Origin: Eubacteriales bacterium
GTDB lineage: Bacteria > Bacillota > Clostridia > Oscillospirales > CAG-272
Assembly: GCA_045658925.1 (NCBI GenBank)
Contig: JAZOVV010000070.1
Span: 5,526 to 69,525 of the forward strand
Reading direction: 5' to 3'
Length of the DNA: 64,000 bases
This document shows, in pieces, positions 53,201 through 59,265 of this stretch; within the stretch, counting starts at the first letter, position 1, and the number at the start of each line of letters is the position of its first letter. The notes below the pieces were generated by a model that was not told the DNA's origin, did no database searches, and saw nothing but the letters and a program-made list of their open reading frames with translations. Made by a program: the position numbers and the translations under genes.

Positions 53201-53238
53201 GTGCCGTTCGGCACCCCTTATTCGTTTGGTGGAGCGTA
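53177..53238 (-). repeat. Perfect 29-bp inverted repeat (4-nt loop) that includes the tRNA-Ala 3' end; the inner part acts as the tRNA terminator
   Basis: TACGCTCCACCAAACGAATAAGGGGTGCC GTTC GGCACCCCTTATTCGTTTGGTGGAGCGTA. The right arm's last 12 nt (53227-53238) are the ACGCTCCACCA end of the tRNA. Confidence 0.9.
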
Positions 53239-53302
53239 CGGGATTCGAACCCGTGGCCCCAACACTGCCAGTGTTGTGCGCTCCCAACTGCGCTAACGCC
53301 CC
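53227..53302 (-). tRNA. tRNA-Ala (anticodon GGC), CCA encoded
   Basis: Folded by hand: acceptor GGGGCGT/ACGCTCC with the G3:U70 alanine identity pair, D-arm GCGC..GCGC, anticodon stem CAACA/TGTTG with loop CTGGCAG, T-arm ACGGG-TTCGAAT-CCCGT, A73 plus CCA. Length 76 nt. Confidence 0.95.
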
Positions 53303-53319
53303 GCCTGTTTGACACAGTT

Positions 53320-53348
53320 ATTTTATCACACTTTGGCGCAAATGTCAA
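53320..53348 (-). promoter_or_regulatory. Promoter of tRNA-Ala
   Basis: On the minus strand: TTGACA (53348-53343), 17 nt, TGaTAAAAT (TAAAAT at 53325-53320). The tRNA 5' end lies 18 nt downstream. Confidence 0.65.
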
Positions 53349-53380
53349 GTGTTTTTTGTCGGCAACTAAAAATTCTTGTG

Positions 53381-53875
53381 TTACAGTATCTTTTGATACG
53401 CCAATCTTTCATCGCCGTTTTCAAGATAGATAATTCCGCAATACTGAAATCCGCGCTTTTGGAGTGCGCGTTGCATAGGCAAATTATCGCGATGTGTATC
53501 GATGCGCAAATTATGACATTGAGAGAAACACTCGTTTATACAATACCCAATGATGCCTCTCCCTTGCTCCGCCACGGCAATGCGGTGTATAACGCCATAC
53601 GGTGCATCATTTAGCCACGAACCGTCATAAATTTTCGCATACGTCGGCTCGCCATCAAGCGAGAACATAAACGCAGCTACAATTTCGCCGTCCTCTTCGG
53701 CTACGTAGCCAACGCCTTTTTTCATATCCTCTCGTGCAGTGTTGATGTTGGGGGTTCCCTGATTCCATTGATTGGTATTTCCACTCTCTTTCATAAAAAG
53801 CTTTGCCCTCTCATAAATCTCGCCAATGCGAGATAGGTCTGCTTCTGTCGTTTTTCGAATCAACATAAATAACAA
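53381..53875 (-). CDS. GNAT family N-acetyltransferase
   Basis: VIHRIAVAEQGRGIIGYCINECF...IDTHRDNLPMQRALQKRGFQYCG acetyl-CoA-binding core. Confidence 0.85.
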   Translation of the reverse strand: MLFMLIRKTTEADLSRIGEIYERAKLFMKESGNTNQWNQGTPNINTAREDMKKGVGYVAEEDGEIVAAFMFSLDGEPTYAKIYDGSWLNDAPYGVIHRIAVAEQGRGIIGYCINECFSQCHNLRIDTHRDNLPMQRALQKRGFQYCGIIYLENGDERLAYQKIL

Positions 53876-53953
53876 CCTCTTCTTGTTTTGCTATTAGTAT
53901 ATCATAAAATTGATGGCATGTAAATGTATTTTATCTTTTTTTTGCAAAAATGC

Positions 53954-53982
53954 TTGTAATTTGGAAAAAAACGTGGTATAAT
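53954..53982 (+). promoter_or_regulatory. Promoter driving the structured RNA/leader
   Basis: TTGTAA (53954-53959), 17 nt, TGgTATAAT (53974-53982). Confidence 0.55.
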
Positions 53983-53985
53983 AAA

Positions 53986-54210
53986 GTTGCCAAACCAACT
54001 GAATAAATTTTAGCAAGGGCTATTTTTGTCTTTTTTTAGGGATAACTATACCCTTTTATTGCCATACTCATATGGAATTTGTAAAAATGCAAACTCCTAC
54101 TGGGTGTGGCGAAGATCAAATATGAGTTCTTGCTATTTTCAGTTGGTTTGGCGACTATCGGAGTTTGCGTTTTTGTGCGGTTACTTCGGTAGCCGCACTT
54201 TTTATTTTAT
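53986..54210 (+). ncRNA. Candidate structured RNA of about 220 nt with paired 5'/3' ends and its own terminator (6S-like or an orphan cis-regulatory leader)
   Basis: GTTGCCAAACCAACTGAA (53986-54003) pairs with TTCAGTTGGTTTGGCGAC (54139-54156), 18 bp. Next helices: TAGCAAG/CTTGCTA and ACTCATAT/ATATGAGT. Terminator GTGCGGTTAC-TTCG-GTAGCCGCAC plus a T-run (54175-54210). Class not recognised. Confidence 0.3.
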
Positions 54211-54228
54211 TTTAGGAGGAATCAAACC

Positions 54229-54675
54229 ATGATTGAAAGCTCAGTAAAAAAAGTATCCCCATATGATGAGGAGGCCACCATCAACTTAATGTCACGCTTT
54301 GCTTGGAAATTAACTCATACACAAGAGGTTAACACCAAGGATTCGCACTTAGAAACTCGTAATGGTGACCTTTATAGTGTGACAGAAACGCAAAACTATG
54401 TTAAACTAACCTTTGAGAGAGACACCAATATGCCTAACTATGAGAGAATTGCAGAATTGGAAAAAGAATATACTGCCCTCACATATTCAAAACCCGGGGC
54501 TCCCATCCTTCAAATACTTATAACCGTTGCACTCTTCTGTTTGTTTTTCCCTGTTGGAATTTACTACGGTTATAAAACTTACAAAAACACTAGTGCTCAA
54601 AACAAAGAGTGGGAAAAAGAGTTCAAAGAAAAAGAAGCCGCCATCTTTACAGAAGCTGCTTCTCTTATGAAATAA
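54229..54675 (+). CDS. Hypothetical single-TM protein (148 aa)
   Basis: Strong RBS (AGGAGGAATCAAACC ATG). Central TM ILQILITVALFCLFFPVGIYYGY and a K/E-rich tail. No family recognised. Confidence 0.6.
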   Translation: MIESSVKKVSPYDEEATINLMSRFAWKLTHTQEVNTKDSHLETRNGDLYSVTETQNYVKLTFERDTNMPNYERIAELEKEYTALTYSKPGAPILQILITVALFCLFFPVGIYYGYKTYKNTSAQNKEWEKEFKEKEAAIFTEAASLMK

Positions 54676-54718
54676 TTGGACACCCCTATGCATTGTAAAT
54701 TGCCTATGCCCTCTCTTA

Positions 54719-54753
54719 TCACGCGTCTGCCGATGGCAAACGCGTGAATTTTA
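54719..54753 (+). terminator. Probable intrinsic terminator
   Basis: TCACGCGT..CTGCC GAT GGCA..ACGCGTGA followed by ATTTTAT. Confidence 0.55.
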
Positions 54754-54803
54754 TATACAAGAACAAAAACCACAAAAAATCAAAATCACAACCTAAAAAT
54801 CTC

Positions 54804-54832
54804 TTGACTTTTCCCCATTCTTGCGGTATAAT
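54804..54832 (+). promoter_or_regulatory. Promoter of proS
   Basis: TTGACT (54804-54809), 17 nt, TATAAT (54827-54832). Confidence 0.65.
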
Positions 54833-54886
54833 GATTACAATGTATAATTATGCCCTCTGTGAGGGCGACAAGTGAGGTTTTGTATT

Positions 54887-56329
54887 ATGGCAAAGAATAA
54901 TGAAAAAATGGTTGACCAAATCACGTCTATGGACGTTGATTTTGCTCAATGGTACACAGACGTAGTGAAAAAAGCCGAGCTCGCTGACTACTCCGGCGTT
55001 AAGGGCTGCATGATCTTCCGCCCCTACGGCTACGCCATTTGGGAGAACATTCAAAGAGATCTCGATGCACGCTTCAAGGCGCTCGGTCACGAGAACGTTT
55101 ATATGCCTATGTTCATTCCCGAATCTCTTTTGCAAAAGGAAAAGGACCACGTTGAGGGCTTTGCTCCCGAATGTGCTGTCGTTACCATCGGCGGTCAAAA
55201 TCAGCTCCCCGAGAGACTGATCGTTCGCCCCACATCCGAAACACTCTTCTGCGAACACTTCCGCAACATCATTCAATCCTATCGCGATCTGCCCAAGCTC
55301 TATAACCAATGGTGCAACGTTGTTCGTTGGGAAAAGACCACCCGTCCCTTCCTGCGTACCGCAGAGTTCCTCTGGCAAGAGGGTCACACTATGCACGAGA
55401 CAGAGGAAGAAGCAAGACAGGAAACCTTGCAAATGCTCAAGGTTTATGAGGACTTTTATGCAGAGTCTCTCGCTATCCCCGCTTACACCGGCAGAAAAAC
55501 CGAGAAGGAAAAGTTTGCAGGCGCTGAGGAGACCTACACCATTGAGCCTATGATGCACAACGGTGTTGCTCTGCAAGGCGGTACCACCCACTACTTTGGC
55601 GACGGATTTGCAAAGGCGTTTGACATTAAGTTCACCGCGCGTGACAACACGCTCAAATATCCCCACCAAACCTCTTGGGGCGTATCTACCCGTATGATTG
55701 GTGCTATCATTATGTCTCACGGCGACGACAACGGTCTCATTCTTCCCCCCAAGATCGCGCCCATTCAAGTGGTTATCGTTCCCGTTGCGCAACACAAGGA
55801 AGGCGTTCTTGAAAAGGCAGCCGAAATTAAGGCACAGCTTTCCAAGACCTTGCGTGTTAAGCTCGACGACAGCGACAACTCCACCGGTTGGAAGTTTGCG
55901 CAATACGAGATGAAGGGCGTTCCGCTCCGTCTCGAAATCGGCCCTCGCGACATCGAAAACAACTCTTGCGTTCTCGTTAGCCGCGTAACGCGCGAAAAGA
56001 TGTTCGTTTCTCTTGACAACCTGCAAGAAGAGGTTGAAAAGGCACTCGCAAAGGTTCACGAAGAGCTTTACAACCGCGCTCTGGAAAACAGAACCAACCG
56101 CACCTACGAGGCACGCACCTATGAGGAATTCCTTGACACCGCAAAGAACAAGGAAGGCTACATTAAGGCGATGTGGTGTGGCGAAACCGAGTGCGAAGAG
56201 CAGCTCAAGGACGTCACCGGCGGCGTAAAATCCCGTTGCATCCCCTTTGTTGAGGATCACCTCGCAGACACCTGCGTTTGCTGCGGCAAGCCTGCAAAGC
56301 ATATGGTTATTTGGGGTAGACAATACTAA
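54887..56329 (+). CDS. proS: Prolyl-tRNA synthetase (archaeal/eukaryote-like class IIa form, no INS editing domain)
   Basis: [30 protein letters not shown], class II motifs (..FRxE-like CNVVRWE, HQTSWG) and a C-terminal Zn-like C..C..C..C region. Length about 480 aa. Confidence 0.95.
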   Translation: MAKNNEKMVDQITSMDVDFAQWYTDVVKKAELADYSGVKGCMIFRPYGYAIWENIQRDLDARFKALGHENVYMPMFIPESLLQKEKDHVEGFAPECAVVTIGGQNQLPERLIVRPTSETLFCEHFRNIIQSYRDLPKLYNQWCNVVRWEKTTRPFLRTAEFLWQEGHTMHETEEEARQETLQMLKVYEDFYAESLAIPAYTGRKTEKEKFAGAEETYTIEPMMHNGVALQGGTTHYFGDGFAKAFDIKFTARDNTLKYPHQTSWGVSTRMIGAIIMSHGDDNGLILPPKIAPIQVVIVPVAQHKEGVLEKAAEIKAQLSKTLRVKLDDSDNSTGWKFAQYEMKGVPLRLEIGPRDIENNSCVLVSRVTREKMFVSLDNLQEEVEKALAKVHEELYNRALENRTNRTYEARTYEEFLDTAKNKEGYIKAMWCGETECEEQLKDVTGGVKSRCIPFVEDHLADTCVCCGKPAKHMVIWGRQY

Positions 56330-56350
56330 TTAAATAAAGATTAACAATAC

Positions 56351-56395
56351 ACCGCCGCGTGAAGCAGAACTGGCTACACGCGGCGGTTTTTATTT
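56351..56395 (+). terminator. Intrinsic terminator after proS
   Basis: ACCGCCGCGTG ... CACGCGGCGGT followed by TTTTTATTT. Confidence 0.85.
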
Positions 56396-56451
56396 ACATT
56401 CCCCTCGCAACCGACCCAACCAATGGTTGAAAAAATTCAAGAACAGGATGT

Positions 56452-56480
56452 TTGACTTCATTTGTTGGGTATGGTATAAT
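56452..56480 (+). promoter_or_regulatory. Promoter
   Basis: TTGACT (56452-56457), 17 nt, TGgTATAAT (56472-56480). Confidence 0.65.
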
Positions 56481-56527
56481 AATATCACGGAAGGCGCCTC
56501 CGAAACAAAACCAAAGGAGTAAACAAT

Positions 56528-57598
56528 ATGAATCTCGGTAATAAAATTCGTGAACTGCGCAGGGCAAACAATCTCACACAAGAACAGTTAGCCGCTTCGC
56601 TGAACATTTCCGCGCAGGCGGTTTCAAAATGGGAGATGGGAGCATCCTATCCCGATATGACAATGATACCCACATTGGCGGCATTTTTTAAGGTATCTCT
56701 TGATGAACTTTTTGATTTTAACGTAAAGGATATTGACAAGGAGATAGAAGATATCCGACTGAAATCCAACAACTATTTCTGGGGTAATTTTGAAAAAGCC
56801 GAACAGATTTTACTTGACGGGCTGAAATTGTACCCTACGTCTATCTTACTGAAAACCGAATTGTTTGAGCTTTACACCTATAACACAGATAGAGGCGAAG
56901 AGCTTATCAACAAGGCATTTGAGCTTGGAAGTCATATCATTAGTGTTTCGCAAGATGTTTTTTGCACCTGCCGAACAAAAGCAAACCTCATTTTGATTTA
57001 TCGTTACTTGGAGCGCGAAAAGGGTGAAGATCACTACGAGGATATTAAAAAAATCATCGAAACGCTTCCCTATATGTACCCCTATATGATACAGGACAAA
57101 ATGCGACTTTCCGCAGCCTATATCAAAGGTGAAGAAGGTATGAAGGAAGCAAAGAGCCTTATGGATATTGAGTGGCAGGAGTTTTTCATAGCTTGCGACC
57201 AAGTGGGAGATCGCTATTTTGATATGGGTGACTATGAAAATGCGATAATTCATTTTCAAGAAAGCGTAGATGTGATCGAACGGTTTATGTACCCCAACAA
57301 AGAAGGCTACGATGCCTACCCCATTGGCGGCACACATGCAAATCACGCCATAACGCTTTTGAGTATTGCAGCCTGTATGCACCGATTGGGCAAAATCGAG
57401 GGCATTGACGAGTTGATTGCAAAAGCAAAGCATATTTATTTCGATGCTTATAACCACATCAAATTGTACGATTACAATAAAGATATGACCCACATGCTTG
57501 AGTATTTTACAAAGGAATACAATAAGAAAAAACTCAACGAATATAAGCCCCTTGATTTAAGCGAAATTGAAGAACGTATTGCCAAAAAGAACAGATAA
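56528..57598 (+). CDS. XRE-family HTH transcriptional regulator with a C-terminal TPR-like domain (RNPP-like architecture)
   Basis: LGNKIRELRRANNLTQEQLAASLNISAQAVSKWEMG is an HTH_3 motif. The remaining 280 aa or so are helical-repeat-like. Confidence 0.85.
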   Translation: MNLGNKIRELRRANNLTQEQLAASLNISAQAVSKWEMGASYPDMTMIPTLAAFFKVSLDELFDFNVKDIDKEIEDIRLKSNNYFWGNFEKAEQILLDGLKLYPTSILLKTELFELYTYNTDRGEELINKAFELGSHIISVSQDVFCTCRTKANLILIYRYLEREKGEDHYEDIKKIIETLPYMYPYMIQDKMRLSAAYIKGEEGMKEAKSLMDIEWQEFFIACDQVGDRYFDMGDYENAIIHFQESVDVIERFMYPNKEGYDAYPIGGTHANHAITLLSIAACMHRLGKIEGIDELIAKAKHIYFDAYNHIKLYDYNKDMTHMLEYFTKEYNKKKLNEYKPLDLSEIEERIAKKNR

Positions 57599-57601
57599 TC
57601 C

Positions 57602-57641
57602 AAAAAGGACAGAGATTCAAAATCTCTGTCCTTTATTTTTT
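57602..57641. terminator. Bidirectional intrinsic terminator
   Basis: 14-bp stem AAAGGACAGAGATT / AATCTCTGTCCTTT flanked by A- and T-runs. Confidence 0.85.
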
Positions 57642-58257
57642 ACTTTGTAACAAGAGCAACGATATCTTGATGTATTTCCTCAACCGTGCGGTAAGCATCA
57701 ACGATTTGAATGTTGTCGCGCTCGCGCAGCTGCTCGAATACGCGGTAGAATTGATTGCGTACCTGTGTGAGCTTTTCCTCGTTTTCGTAAATCTCTTGCG
57801 TTGCGCGGTTTCGATTGATGCGCGCCATACTCTGCTCGGGAGTGAGGTCAAGGAAGATGCAAACGTCGGGACGCATAATCTCGGGGCAATTCAAGTTCAT
57901 ATTGCTAACCCATTCGGGATCGGTTCCGCTGCCTTGATATGCCAAGGAAGAATAATAGTAACGGTCGCAAATAACGTCGAAACCGTCGGCAAGCATTTTT
58001 TGAATACCGTTGACGGGGTTGACGTTGTGATTGATGCGGTCAAAGACGAACATTGCCGCCATTTCGCATATCGTGCGCCGAGTTACACCCGATAAAGCAT
58101 CGCGCAAAAGTCCACCGCTAACCGTTTCGGTAGGCTCTGCCGTGCAGTAAACGGCTCTGCCCTGCTCGCTCAAGTACTTTGCCAAGAGATTGATTTGCGT
58201 GGTCTTGCCTGCTCCGTCTATTCCTTCAAACACGATAAATCTTCCGCGTTCTTTCAT
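57640..58257 (-). CDS. tmk: Thymidylate (dTMP) kinase
   Basis: GRFIVFEGIDGAGKTTQ P-loop, DRYYYSSLAYQG. Confidence 0.9.
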   Translation of the reverse strand: MKERGRFIVFEGIDGAGKTTQINLLAKYLSEQGRAVYCTAEPTETVSGGLLRDALSGVTRRTICEMAAMFVFDRINHNVNPVNGIQKMLADGFDVICDRYYYSSLAYQGSGTDPEWVSNMNLNCPEIMRPDVCIFLDLTPEQSMARINRNRATQEIYENEEKLTQVRNQFYRVFEQLRERDNIQIVDAYRTVEEIHQDIVALVTK

Positions 58258-58269
58258 TTTCTTTCTCCT

Positions 58270-58998
58270 TTAATTTTGCTTTGCCTTGAGTTCTGTAATC
58301 TCGGCGCGCAATTCTTCAATGGTTCGATTCATACGCGCAAATTCCTGCGCCACGGGGTCGGGAATGTGAATGTGGTCGAGCTGTTGGTTGCTGATCTTTA
58401 CGCCGTCGCGGCGTACAACCTTTGCGGGAATACCGACTGCCGTGCAGTTTTCGGGTACCTCGTGCAAAACGACCGCGTTTGCGGCAATCTTGCTGTTATC
58501 CCCTACCTTGAGGGGCCCGAGTACCTTTGCACCCGCGCCAACCATAACGTTGTTGCCAAGTGTGGGGTGACGTTTGCCAACATCCTTACCCGTACCGCCA
58601 AGGGTAACGCCTTGGTAGAGCGTGCAGTTGTCGCCGATTTCGGTGGTCTCACCAATAACGACCCCCGAGCCGTGGTCGATAAAAAAGTTTTTGCCAATGG
58701 TAGCACCGGGGTGAATTTCGATGCCCGTGAGGTGGCGCGCAGTTTGGCTGACGGCACGTGCTGCAAAATAATGCTTATTCTTTTGCAGGTTATGCGCCAA
58801 ACGGTGTGCCATAATGGCGTGAACGCCCGAATATAAAAGCAGAATTTCTGCCGTGCTTCGCGCAGCCGGGTCGCGTTCGCGAACCGCCTGTACGGTTTCT
58901 TGAAATTCCTTTTGCGTGCTATCAATGGCGCGTGCAACCGCGCGTTCTGCCGCACGAATTTCCTCGCCTACACGGCGAAATACGTTCTGCTTTTTCAT
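58270..58998 (-). CDS. cysE: Serine O-acetyltransferase
   Basis: ATG 58998 with GGAG 6 nt upstream. [58 protein letters not shown], and left-handed beta-helix hexapeptide repeats. It has an extra coiled C-terminal tail. Confidence 0.9.
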   Translation of the reverse strand: MKKQNVFRRVGEEIRAAERAVARAIDSTQKEFQETVQAVRERDPAARSTAEILLLYSGVHAIMAHRLAHNLQKNKHYFAARAVSQTARHLTGIEIHPGATIGKNFFIDHGSGVVIGETTEIGDNCTLYQGVTLGGTGKDVGKRHPTLGNNVMVGAGAKVLGPLKVGDNSKIAANAVVLHEVPENCTAVGIPAKVVRRDGVKISNQQLDHIHIPDPVAQEFARMNRTIEELRAEITELKAKQN

Positions 58999-59176
58999 AA
59001 AAATCTCCATTCTGCCGCCGTGCGGCAGCACAAAATAATGGTGAAATTCCCGTGTCGCTTGCGACAAAATGGGTTGGTCCCATTTTTAGGGGATTTTGCG
59101 CGTGAAAGAGGCGCATTTGGGATTTTGGCTTACAAAACTTTCACGCTAAGCCCTCTATGGATAAACTCTATTTATT

Positions 59177-59205
59177 ATTATACACAATTCGAGGGAATTT
59201 GTAAA
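59177..59205 (-). promoter_or_regulatory. Promoter of cysE-tmk
   Basis: On the minus strand: TTTACA (59205-59200), 17 nt, TATAAT (59182-59177). Confidence 0.55.
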
Positions 59206-59212
59206 TACCTTT

Positions 59213-59258
59213 TTGAAAAAAAGCTATGGGAGAGGCAGGTTTGCCTCTCCCATTTTTT
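59213..59258 (-). terminator. Intrinsic terminator after the BNR-propeller gene
   Basis: ATGGGAGAGGCA GGTT TGCCTCTCCCAT with a T8 run on the minus strand. Confidence 0.85.
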
Positions 59259-59265
59259 AAATTGA

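Noticed and set aside
52937-53433. Several 60-100-aa ORFs on both strands (52937..53197, 52972..53160, 53052..53348, 53125..53433)
   Set aside because: They run through the tandem palindromic repeats and the tRNA-Ala gene itself. They are Arg/Ala/Cys-rich translation artefacts of GC-rich hairpins.
54026-54232. 68-aa ORF inside the structured leader upstream of 54229
   Set aside because: It has no RBS, crosses the terminator hairpin, and the region is better explained by long-range RNA pairing.
54690-54886. Possible T-box riboswitch upstream of proS
   Set aside because: The promoter (54804-54832) leaves only about 50 nt of leader, containing a single small hairpin. There is no specifier loop and no T-box consensus.
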